64,000 bases of DNA from Balanoglossus misakiensis (lineage: Eukaryota > Animalia > Hemichordata). The first letter of the stretch is position 1. Every line of letters starts with the position of its first letter. The notes under the pieces were generated by a model. The model had not been told where the DNA came from. It worked only from the letters and a program-made list of their open reading frames with translations, and ran no database searches. Made by a program: the position numbers and the translations under genes. Shown in pieces: positions 50,293-62,700 of the stretch. The stretch is taken from NCBI GenBank assembly GCA_040954595.2, contig CM082591.2, positions 4,015,957-4,079,956 of the forward strand. The letters are read 5' to 3'.

Positions 50293-53200
50293 ATGAATCG
50301 CATCAGCAAAATTACAGCAAGCATTTACTTTGTTATTCTGGCAATTCAAATCCTTGCCTTAATGCGGATTTTTACTGGTGAGTCGTTTGTTCGTTCTTTT
50401 GCATTCTTTTTCAATTTGCACGCGGAAAACGGGCCATGTGTCGGCTGTCCGCCCAGGTCACATGTTGTTATTATTTTGTGTGAATTTGCAACTATAGTAG
50501 CCGACCATTGCCAGCTTATAATCCGGGTTGAGGGGTCAAAGATGACGCACATGTTGGTGAAGGGATCCGTACAATCAACTGCTACTATGAATGCAAATCC
50601 TTCTCACCATCAACAATGTGGATGAATTCAAAATGAAAACATTAAAATATTCAATGGAAGTAATAGGTACTGGCATCTGATCCAGTACCACGTGCTTCAC
50701 CGTGATAAAACATGTCATGGTTTGCAAACTATGACACTACATGACTGTATCTGTTTTTCTTGAAAAAAAGCTTACTCATGCTTCACTAACAAAAATTAGC
50801 CCCTATTTTTCGTCATCCCTATGTTTGAGCTATGCTCATGAAAAAATACACTCTCATTTTAACTTATAAATTAAATCCTCGGGCGCTACCCTTATTTTTC
50901 AACTATGTCCATAAAATACATACTCATTTAATCTTGAAAATTAAACCCCTTAGCGGTACCCTTTTTTCCAACTAACAGATGATCCGGTTGTTTTAGAGGA
51001 ATCTACAATAGCGGTGGAAACGCTAAAAGAACACTATTTTGATGAATGCGAGGTACGGATGTTTTTACAGTCTTCTTGCGAAATGAACTGACTTGTTTGT
51101 TAACGGTTAACTCTAAAAAAATAAAGTTCTATAGCACGACCACTAAATAAATGTCTATTCAAGAGGAAATCTCGCGAAACCATAAGAATATCGGTTTATC
51201 TTTCAGGAAATACACATTGTGTCTTACGTTAGCGATTACGACACCGTGAGAAGACTGGCCATCCTGGTAAAGTCTATCGTTATGCAAAGTCACAATACTC
51301 TACATTTTCACTTGATCGCCATTGATGACAGATACAAAAGCGTGGTGTCCAAGTTGATGTCGTCATGGCAACTTCCAGCCGGTGAGAGAAACAACTGTTG
51401 ACATTCATAACCATTTTAGCTCTCAACCCTGCAGTTGCCATTTCATGGAAAATTCCATTGTCAATTCAGTGAGTTTTTAATTTAAGATGGGGTAGCCCTT
51501 TATCATTAAAATGATGTCTTATTCTTACAGTGAACCTAATTTGTCTTACCGTTAAAGAATGTCTTCAGACTACCACAGATTGGATAGACTCCCTGGAAAA
51601 GGTAACGTGGAAATCAGTTGCATTAAATAAAAATTGTGAGTAGAAAAACAACATTTGAAACATAAGACTGATTGTCAACTGCGAAGTGGCATAACAAGTG
51701 TGAATCAATACTCTCTCTCTCTCTCACCCTCACCCCACCTCTCTCTCTCTCTCTCCTCCCTCCCCCCAGGTTATCGTAATTGACGCCAGGACAACACTCA
51801 ACGGAGACATCGTGAACATTTGGAATGAATTTGACAACTTTCGCGCCGACCAGGCGTTCGGAGTTTCCACGCCACACAAGGATGCCGGGCCTAGTGGACA
51901 GGACCAGGGCATGTTATTGGCCCAGATGCCCGCTGGGCACCAAGAAACACGAGGCAAATATGGGAATCTTTGGAGAGAGGTGATGAGACAAATAGACCAA
52001 GATCCGCGAGAAAGCCACAATCTTTTATCGGTAGGTGAATCGACTCTCTAACTGTATTGAATTTACTTCTAATGTGATATCTTAAGATTTGGAAACATCT
52101 ACCAGGGGTTACATCCTGTGTGATACCATTTCTGGTAGCGTTTTGTTTTTTTGTTACATTCCATCTCTATAACAGATACTGAACCAAAATGTGAGGCTGT
52201 ATTATGAAAACATGACGCGGACGTTGCCATGCAACGTGAACATTGATACAAGAGACAGATTGGAGGTAGGTCTAACATGCATTTCTTTGTTTTGTGTCTT
52301 TTTTTCAAATTCGGATGGTGCATGTGTTCGATTGTCCAACTTAATCTTATGATGATCCCTGAACCAAGGAAAATGCTGGAGAGATGGATTGACATGATAA
52401 TAAATGAGTGAGCGACTTGATCAGACATGCAGACAGGAGTGACGTCATCTACGCCTACAGAGGACATGACGACAGACTTAAATTGATATTTGCTATTTTG
52501 ACACATGCATGTTAGAACGTGTACGTTTACAAATTAAAAAGACATACAGGCAGGGATGGGTGGGTGTACGGATGGACGAACGGATAGGTGAATGAGTGAG
52601 TGAATGAATGAATGAATGAATGAATGAATGAATGAATGAATGAATGAATGAATGAATGAATGAATGAATGAATGAATGAATGAATGAATGAATGAATTGG
52701 GGGATGAATGGATGAGCAGATATAAACGAGTATGTTTTTGGTTGAGTGGGCCTGGCTGACTAGATAATATAAAGTTGTTATATTCTTTCTACAGGACTGC
52801 GTAACAGACATACACGAAGTGCTTAGTTTTAACCTTGCCGATAAGGCGGAGATACGCGACAACAGCTCAATCTACCAGCAATACTTCCAGAGTGTGTACG
52901 AAGCTATCGCAGACCATGATGGAAATTTACTCAGGCGCAGATATGTCAATTGTCAATGGTTGCCGCGGGCGAGCAATAAGGTACAAAAATGAGTGGTTGA
53001 AATTCGCTGATGTTTACGGATGATGCAGATATACAAAACGGGCTACCGTTTTTGTCAACCTAAATGCGTGCACACAACAGCGCCATCAGACGTTTATCAA
53101 TTCTTCTCTGTCTTTTCAGACTAAACGATGCGAATCTTTGGTTCAGCGGGAAAGTATGGAACTTCGAACGCACATGTTCTACTACGGAGGATATGTAAGT

Positions 53201-56087
53201 GTGGTGTAGCAATGCGGCTGATAGCGATTACAAATATGGGAGTGCAAGTCAAAATTGCCAAAAATTGTTTAGATCGACGTCTTGCCATTTTTCTGTTCTG
53301 GAAATAACAGTTTCACATTTTTCCCCAGGACGTCGATTTTGATGATTACTCAGTAACCATGGCAATGCAAGCGGATTTCGCCCGATTTATTCAGATGATC
53401 GACATGATAGTGACTTATTGGCCATGTAAGTAGTATATCATCTAGGTTACATGACTGAAAATGGCGCTAGGGGACCGAGCTGTTCTGAAACTGAGACTTG
53501 CATGCTCGGACGCGTGACCAGCCGTCGCACGCCGTTATGCAAATTGCACGAAATAAAGAGAAATACATCGAGAACAGCGCCGCCCTGCGATGTAACGTTT
53601 TAAATGTTAATCCACTGTTTTCACACATCCAAAATAAATGAGATCTTGTCCCGGGCCTTCTTTTTCTAATTTTTCCTTTTGAAAATTTGTTTTGATTTGT
53701 TTTGTTTTCCCGTGTTTTGTGTAGGCCCGATGAGCATTGCCATTTATGCGTCCGATGAAGAAGCGAACCGCCTTCTCAAGATCGCCAAGTTTTCAAGTGC
53801 TCTGTCCACGAGAAAGGACATCGCTATACACATTGCGTACATCGATAGAGATTTAGTATGTACTGTGTATGTTGTTATTGTAGCGAGATGTCGTTAGTAA
53901 GGTGGTATGTGGTTAAGTGCAGTGTAGTTAACTATATGTTAGCACAGTGTAATACAATGTACCAGTATTTTACAGACATAATGCATTAAATCAGCATCTT
54001 CTAAACTAAAGTGACAGTTTGCTAACAAAACTGTCATTGAATGTTACAGGAACACTACCCTGTCAATCATCTCAGGAATGTAGCACAAGAAGGTGTAATG
54101 AGTAATTACCTGTTCGTCAGCGAAGTTGACTTCTTCTACAGTGCTGATATCTGTCAGAACATCAGGTGGGACAACTGTTTTCTGCCTGTGGTATTCTCCT
54201 GTATTTCAATGATAAATGTAAACATTTGAAGTCATTGTCATGAACGTGATCCCCTTTTTGAAAGTTTTTAAATCGTTTGTCCGCTTTTAAGATTGGTCTT
54301 CGTTGTTTTGTTAGGTATCTTATTTCAGAAATTGACGACAGGGAAAGAACCATGGATAAAAAGGTACATGTAATTCGGAGTTGCTTACCTGACGCCGCCA
54401 TTTTGTTTCCGTCCATTTGTTTTTTCTCTCCTCCACTGTCTTCTATAACGAGCGTTCTGATTGGGGCGCGTAGGTTCAGATCATGAGAGGAGAGGACAGC
54501 GGAAGTACAGACCACGATTCAAGTCACTTCTTGAGAACAACGTCATCAATTTGTGCGTAAACCTACTGTTTCAAATATGTTTAGCCATGCATAAAAATGA
54601 TTAAACAACGCTAGTATGGCAATTTCGTCTGTTGTTGCTTCTAAGAGAAGATTACGGTCAAGAAGATTAGAGAAAGCAAATTAATTACTCTTACTTGCCC
54701 TAAAGGAAATTAAATGATGTTTAATCGGATATATGTTGTGGTATTTACAGGCTATTGTTGTACCAGCATTCGAATCACGGATACTCACAGATAGATCATT
54801 GCCACAAACGAAAGAAGAGCTTGTAGATCGATATCTATACAAAGAATACAGCTATTTCCAGTAAGTAATTCTATGTATGTATGTATGTATGTATGTATGT
54901 ATGTATGTATGTATGTATGTATGTATGTATGTATGAGTCGTTATCAGTTTTTAGACACTGGCGCAAAACTTTGTCAAATCGTCAAACTGTTGCAATTTAA
55001 CATTTTCCTCGAATATTTTCCAGCCAGACAAAATACCCGGGTGGTCACAAACCGACAAACTACGAGAGATGGATCGACGCAACAGAGGAATACAAGGTGA
55101 GGGCCATAAAATAAACGTATTCCGCCAAGCATCATAACAATGTCCAATCTACATTGCTTCATGGGTGTTTCCATGGTAACTGTACAAGAATTGATTGGAT
55201 AGTTAATCTCAAAACTCCTGGTATGCCCGATTTTTGCTAAGCCTAATATCCTACGGGTGCAATTATTATATTCTATTTATATGATTAATTTGAAAGGAAA
55301 TTGAAAATCCGAGCTTTGACTTGAGGAAATTAAATTATTCACCTTTGATAAAATAACTGTTATGATGGGCTTCATAAAGGGTCCGGTCACTATATAAATA
55401 GTGTACCCGCGACGCAAAGCCAACTATGATCTCAAAAGTTTGAGCACGGTTGTTTGTTACACTTTCAGATAAGGTGGAACCGTGGCTATGAACCATATTT
55501 AGTCCTCGCGACGAAGCAAAGTCCTAGTTTTCCGAGAATCTTTTCCGGGCGCGGTTTCAACAAAGGCAGTCACACCATGATACTAGTCGCTCAGGGGTAA
55601 GTGAGAGGGTGAGAGGATGGGGGAGGGCGTCATCTTCAGTGGTCGCAGGAGAAATGCATTTTTACTGGACAACAATATCTTGACAACCCAGAAGGCATAT
55701 TTAAACTAACAATCTGAACTTCTTCCCACAAGGAATTTGATCTCTTTTCATGGGATTCTCTTTTTTATATTTTCCCTGTTTTACAGATTTCGACTGCTAG
55801 TGTCCCCGGACACATTCATGATACACATGCCTCACTGGCAGAGTTCGAGTAGAAAACAGTACTTGGATGATGAACACTACCAAAAGTAAGAGAATGTTCT
55901 GTGTCGTTATTTTGGCTATGAATGGTTGTTTCATCTTTCAGTTATAACGCATATTGTCACATATAAAATTATTCTGTGTACCCTTGTTTGCAGGTGCTTG
56001 AGCTGGGCCAAAGTTCAGTTCAACGAGAAACTATACAAGAAGTACAACGTCACAGAACGTGATCTCCGAAAGGGAGGTTTTGATTAA
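50293..56087 (+). CDS. LARGE1: LARGE-like (GT8 + GT49) glycosyltransferase paralogue B, 17 exons, ~637 aa
   Basis: Exons: 50293-50377, 50979-51052, 51207-51381, 51531-51601, 51770-52030, 52176-52265, 52795-52980, 53120-53194, 53329-53425, 53725-53855, 54050-54165, 54315-54363, 54751-54860, 55024-55096, 55469-55596, 55787-55885, 55994-56087. Intron phases match paralogue A, and several exons are identical in length (175, 131, 116, 110, 73, 128, 99). Motifs: CEEIHI, LHFHLIA, DGNLLRR, YPVNHLRNVA, VPAFE, GHKPTNY..W, YEPYLV, FMIHMPH. AATAAA at 56148 and 56165. Confidence 0.85.
52589..52697. repeat. (GAAT)n microsatellite (intronic)
   Basis: Seen directly. Confidence 0.95.
54872..54935. repeat. 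(TATG)n microsatellite (intronic)
   Basis: Seen directly. Confidence 0.95.
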
Positions 56088-56419
56088 AGCTAAAATATGT
56101 TTTCATCAACACCAGTTTACAAAGACTGTTTTTTATCAATTTTAAGAAATAAATTTGAATACGGAATAAATAAATAGGAAAGTGTGTTACAGATGATTCC
56201 CATTGTCGTATTGCGAGTCACCATAACAGTTTCAAAACTTTATTCACAGTACTCTAACGCAGTGGTATATCAAGTATAATTAGGAAATATTATTTGCTCT
56301 ACAATACTTAGTAAACATCTGCACACGACACCAATGTGTACTGCACACGACACTAATGTGATCCGCGACGTCACCAACATTGTCGAATCACGATTCAGGT
56401 TTGATCTGACGTCATCTGT

Positions 56420-57337
56420 TTAGCTTCGGTGGGGTCTTCGCCGTCTTCTCTGGCACAGAAAGCCTTGTCCCCTCCTTGGACGACAGACGCGTTGCCAATG
56501 GAGACCACAGTTCCCGCTGCATATTTCCGGTTTTCGTGGATTGCAAGGTTGGCCCAGGATAAAGTTGCCGGTGTTGGGATCCCATGAACAGTCGTACTGT
56601 AACCATAAAAAGAGGGAAGGTCAAAGCCCCATTAACCGTCACTTTTTTGCACTCGTTCACAGTTTACTCTTATTATCTTCTGGTTGTGACAAACGCTGTA
56701 CATTTTTAATATCAAACATCCGTTTATTCGGCCTCATGCTTCAACTAACACAAATATTATCGAATGCTCAGTCCCCCAATGTATAGGTTTATTGTACATC
56801 CCTGGATCAAGTGCTTTGGTATAAAAGTTTATCCCGGCCTCGTAAAAATAAGATTTATCCGAACGAAGACAGGGCTTTATTGAAGCAATCAGAGATTATG
56901 TTTTCAACACTGCTTCAGAGACACGGAACGGTCCCATCCGTCATCATCACAGACACAGCTTGTGTTCAGATAGTTCCTTACGTGAGGGGTTATGGAGTAA
57001 TTTTAAAGTTATATTAATCAACAGAAAAATACACGTACACAATCCAGAAATCAACAAGCAGTCACAGCATCTCACAACATCTCACATTTTAAGAAATTAA
57101 AGTCTCTCAAGCAGTTGAAGAAAACGGAATAATTACCCATTCGTCATGCGGGGTTCCGGGAAATACATTTGCTCTCTTCTCTTCCGTACTTATGTCGGTT
57201 TCATCTTTTTCCTCGCTTCCCGGTCTCGGATATCTGGAGAAGTGAATTCTTGGGGACGGATCGTCCAGGAATACAAATGCCATCGAGAGTGAGAAACTCG
57301 CGCAGATCAAATAGGCACATGCTAGACGCCGTCGCAT
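56420..57337 (-). CDS. Two-exon secreted cysteine-rich peptide precursor, 125 aa (family unknown)
   Basis: Exon 1 57337-57137: MRRRLACAYLICASFSLSMAFVFLDDPSPRIHFSRYPRPGSEEKDETDISTEEKRANVFPGTPHDEW, donor GTAATT. Exon 2 56596-56420 after acceptor CCTTCCCTCTTTTTATGGTTACAG: YDCSWDPNTGNFILGQPCNPRKPEICSGNCGLHWQRVCRPRRGQGFLCQRRRRRPHRS*. Phase-0 join; AATAAA (-) at 56239-56244. Confidence 0.72.
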
Positions 57338-57971
57338 TGTTGCCGTAGCGGAGATTCTTGTTCTGAGAGCTTTTATGAGCAGGAAAATCAAAACAAACTT
57401 CTTCCCTGGAATGAATCCTGGAAGTGGTCGGTGGGATCCAAGCGCTGGAAGGGACTGTCGCGTGCTTCTGACGAACGCCGCGGCGATGCTGCAGACAACA
57501 CTCGTAAAAGCAGTAAATCACGAGCGATATCGAAACACGGGGTACTCTCTAGCTGAACTGAGCTCTTAAAATACAAATCCGAACGTGGGAGTATTTGTCG
57601 AGCATGTGAAGCACCTTCTCCATAAGAACACCACAGTCGAAGTGTTTGCGCACGAAATACGTAAACGGCCCGTGACATCCCTGGAGAACCGCTCGAGTCA
57701 GCCACTAATCCAATTTACGTAGGCTCTCCGCAAATCCGGGTTTAGAAAACTTCACTTCATCTAAATGATTCATCTTTAACATTCCCTGCTGATCGTATAT
57801 ATTACAGGTAATTACGGACGCGTAATGCGATGTTTTTGTTGCCAAGGACTCGACAACATAACTTCGGTGTCGAGTGTCGTCTCTTCACCATATTCGCATC
57901 AACTGCAGTTAATCTGACAGTCACCCACGAGTAAACGTCAACTAAATTAAAGGGTGGGTGTCGTGCCTTCT

Positions 57972-58190
57972 GCGGCTGCGGCAATATGGGTCCCATAACA
58001 TAGTTTCTGGCAAGTCGAATGAGACACAAAGACTTTAGTGTATAGATTTTACATAGTACATCATTGCATACAATGTGGTTGTTACTTTGTATAACAATGT
58101 ACATCATTGCATACAATGTGGTTGTTACTTTGTATTAGTGTACATCATAGCAAACAATGCGTCGTTACTTTTTATCATATTTCCAATTTA
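57972..58190. repeat. Dispersed repeat, copy 2 (related to 34957-35180)
   Basis: TATGGGTCCCATA and a duplicated TACATCATTGCATACAATGTGGTTGTTACTTTGTAT, followed by GCAAACAATGCGTCGTTACTTTTTATCA. Confidence 0.75.
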
Positions 58191-59742
58191 TGTGCACTAC
58201 ACTGTTGCCGTTTCTTTCATATGTACACCTACGTAGTGCGTGGTATTTCAGGAGGCCATATTAAAATACCACACTTCCGCAAGGCAATTCACATCGACGT
58301 CTGTGAGATTCTGAATGGGTGTATTAACAGGCATTTGGCGTCATAAAATTGCAATATGTCAGTCATTGGCTATTATTAATTACTAGAAAAATCAGCTAAT
58401 CGCCTGTTATATGTCCCAGGAGCAGTATTACATCTCCCTAGTGTAAACGGATTTGTGATAACACTGATACAAACAGAAAGGTTAACGTGGCTACGCTGAC
58501 ATTCACAGAGAGATATGGACAAAGCAAGACGTAAGTATTTCATGTGCCTAATGCGCAGGGAGGGAACTAAAGAGCTGACAAGGCCCAGGGGTAAAACAAC
58601 CGAGTAAATTAAAGAGAGAGCGTCGTCCAAACTGCACATGCGCGACTTTCCTGTTTATGAACGCACTATCCACTGGCCAGGGAGACCCATGTTTGCATAC
58701 GAAACTATCGGGACTGCAAGTTGAAGTTTTTAATGTTACAAGCTTTGGGGAAGATACTGGCTATTAAGATATATTTTTTTTCGATATTTCGTTTGGGAAT
58801 GTGACACTTTTGATATCATTGTAGAAAGCACCTTAATTGGTAGATCACCAACCTTCGTCATTGACATTTTACCATGATATAAAATATTTAGTATGTGGGC
58901 GTAATTCCGGTAGAGCTCTTCAAGACATATTCTACTGATGCCGTACACTTTGCAGTAGCTAGGAGCTGGTGGGATTAATTTCGCACACATCAAATACCCA
59001 AGACCAACCATTACGTCAAGCTCACATTTGAACAAATTCACGCGTGTACTGATGAATCGTCCTATCAAGCGCTCGCTACATCCATGTGAGATAGGCCTAC
59101 TCCTTCAGTTGCCTGTGTAGGCCTAAGTTTCATTTAGCTTCAGAGACACGCAAACTTGATCCTCCTTCAACCGGCTCCCGAGGCATGACAATGACGTCAC
59201 GGGCAAGAAGAGATACTTGATCAATGTACTCATTAACGGAAATTAACCTAGGCCTACTGCATGTCTCTTCAAAGCAAACACTCATGCGAGTAAGGTCACA
59301 AGTCCTGACCTTCAAGTGATTATCAAATATTTAGTAGTTAATTAGTAGTTAAAATATGGGAGGAGTACCACATCACCACTTTCTTGTGCTGGATCATCAC
59401 CACAGTCCTATATATGACGCGCGCACGCGTTATTGAACGCTTCGCGACATGGCCTACCACACAGGCATATTTTGTGGCATTGATAAGAAGTTTGCCCTGA
59501 TAATCATGGAGGTAGTGCAATGCTTGTTTTATCGAGCGCATCGCCTGCATTTAGTTTACATGGAATTCTTAACGCATGAGTCAAGACTACGACATGCCAA
59601 TCAGTGGGTGTGTGGTTGCCACGGGCAACTGATTTGCCGACAAAGGCGGACGTCGGCAGCGGATGTTGTCTCACTGCTCACTGGAGGAAAGAACCGGAAG
59701 TTGATTTACTCACAAACTAGGGATGGCGACGGACCCGTAAAA

Positions 59743-62700
59743 ATGAATCAACGAGACAAATCACCTTGTTTTCCCGTTCGTCATGGTGGTTTTCAGCTGT
59801 TACTGTTGATCTTCGGCTACACAATATCTTCGAGTATCTTAGGTAAGTGCGTGAAACGAGCTTGCTTCGCCCCGATCGTGGGAAACCGACATTTTGGGTC
59901 GATGTTTTCGTTCGGAACTGGCTCACCTCAGCTTCGGCGCATCGTAAAAACACTCGTAAAAACAACCTCTATTATATTGTGAGAAGCCGCGTCTTCGCAG
60001 CGACTGTCCGATCATCACAGTCCAATTTACGTGTAATTGGGGTCGCTGCTTGATTGTTTCATTAATCTCGGGGAAGGCACTAACACTCGATCACGTAAAT
60101 CTGTACGACATTCGAGGGTGAGATCGTAGGTAAACAAGACAAGTGCGTAATGTTGGGTGCGCTGCGATGTGTGTGACATTCGACTGTGTCGATCATAATA
60201 ACAAGATTCTCGTGCCTGTCATTAAATCGGATCTCGAGGGACTCGTGAACTTTTTACCTCGGTGTACATATCCTTGATATCATAGTCGGGTTTTGGCTTG
60301 TTTATTTCTTTCCAAATACGCGACATGCGAATTAAAAATCTATAAATTAATAATCATCACTCGTGTTCAGTTTGTCTCAAACCACTACCGCCGCGACACT
60401 GACATTTGACCCACCACGCCATGCGATAAAGTGGGCGTTTTATTAACTATATCCTGTCCTGTACACCGTAATTGAGTCCGATTTCGGAAAAGAAATCGGC
60501 TTGTGGGTTTTTCTTCTGAAGTGGCCTGGCTTGCGCATTGTTAATTGATAACGTAGACAGGAAGTGATCTTTTTATACGCTGTGCCCATGGCACGTCACC
60601 CGGAAAGTATCGCTGTGCGCATTGTTGACATTCAGGGAATCCAAGCTGTATAACTTCCACTTTTGTTTGAATGCACAAAAAGGATATTCAGAAGCTGATA
60701 TGTGCATGGGCGCGTAGGTTTCAGTTTGTTTGCAATCGATCACCTCATCCTTTTCAATTCGTGTTTACATCTGTATTCAAATTTATACAGATTTAGGGCC
60801 AATGTTTTCTGATAAACACATGTCTGTGTTTTCTCACTATTATTCTAGTTGAGAGCAATAAAATATGTCGGTCACCAAGTTTCTTCTGTGCTCGGAATCA
60901 TGACAAGTCAACCTGTGCACCCCCAGAATGGAAGTGCGATGGAACGGTCCAGTGCAAAGATGGGATAGACGAAGTGAACTGCACCACTGCTGGACAGGGT
61001 GAGTGACATGTTTGTAATTATCAATTTCCCGCGTCTTTACTAAACCCTTTCACCCCCATTATCAGATGTAAAGGTCCAACTTTATCATAGAAAACAATAG
61101 ATTTGGGTCAAACCATGGTGGTGTAAGGGTTTTTCGTCTAACTTTTTCTTTCTTCCCACTGCTTTTCAGATGATGCTAAGTGTGGCTTCCGTTGTGATAA
61201 TGGAGAGTGTATCCATAAAGATTTTCAATGTGATTTTCAACGAGACTGTAATGATGGCTCGGATGAAATTAACTGTGGTGGTAAGTTGTTTACTACTTAC
61301 GTCCATTTTCTTCTAAATCACGAGACCTGTGCTCAACAAACTGTCTTCAGCAGTACGCCCTACAACAAACATAATATTTAAAAGCTTTAAGTCAAAATTG
61401 AGATTTCATTATCATGAATGTCTTATCTTGATCGTATCAGTAGAGATGGAGCGATGTGATCATTGTCTGAATGGTGGATTGTGCGTCAAGTACAGCCGGC
61501 ATGACTTCCACTGTGTATGTCAGAGTCCGTGGACCGGTCCACTGTGTAATGAGAAGGAATCGGAAGGTTTGTATGTTTTTTTGTCCCCACTGACAAAGTC
61601 CAAGGGGCTAATGGAATGGGCTCTGTCCGTCTGTCTGTTTCATGCCATTACTCAGACATGAACTGGTACACAACTACTGGTATTTGTTCATTAAAAAAGA
61701 ACCCCAATGATATCATCTTCCGTTATTTCTATGTTCACGTGTTATTTGTTTCATAGATCAATGCACGAAGAATAATCCCTGTATTAACGGCGGTACTTGT
61801 AATGACTTTGGAGATCGGATAACGTGCAGTTGTCCTGTTGGTTGGCGAGGTCTGCTGTGCGAGACAAGAGCCGGTATGTGCAATATACCTGATCTCTTTG
61901 TGTTGTTATTCTAGCAAGTCTTTTGTGTAGCTTTGCTATGCTTAGAAAGTCAGATTTGCCGTTGATGGTTCGTGATTTGAGCTCTTATGATGTTTGCAAT
62001 GGGATGCCCCTTTTTGTAGATCTACAATTAAACATTGTTGTGATAGGAGAATAACTCACAAAGTTTTTGTTTTCTTGTGCTGTCAACTTAAGAAAGCTAA
62101 ATATTCTGTGTTTTCTTGCGCAGATGGTGAGTGTGGCCGGCGCGAGTTCGAGTGCGATAATGGACACTGTATCATCAGTCGTTTTCGCTGCGACGGAATA
62201 CCGCACTGTTTGGATAATAGTGACGAAGAGAACTGCAGTAAGTTTGGGTCTTGTCACTTACCCTTCTACCCCCATGCACATAATTTGGAATCGACCATGC
62301 AGTTGAAAATGATGAAAGTGAATCACACTTAGATGTGAGAGTAAAATAGGGTGCCATCATGATCTTGCAGAAGAAAGTACATAAAGACGTCACTTTTGTA
62401 TACCAAACCTTCACAAATTTTGTGACACGTTTTTTTACGGGCATCATTTTTGTGTTTGCTTCTGCAGCTACGATAGTGCCCTCATTTTGTACCGGGAAAT
62501 ACGATTTCCTTTGTAAAAGTTACGAATGCATAGCCAGCAGGCACCGATGTGATGGCTTTGCGCATTGTCGAGATGCATCGGATGAAGCTAACTGTAAGTA
62601 GATGTAAAAAATAATGAAGTTGAAACAGTTGCTTCCAGTGTATCAGGCTGACTTTCATAAAATATGCATTACACAAACATTTATGATAGGATAACATGTC

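Noticed and set aside
50790-50975. Degenerate ~70-bp tandem duplication in intron 1 of LARGE-like gene B
   Set aside because: Short, diverged and intronic, with no evidence of function.
56412-56660. ORF-track 82-aa minus-strand protein (MNECKK...)
   Set aside because: Wrong frame; the splice acceptor at 56597 and the phase-0 upstream exon select the six-cysteine frame.
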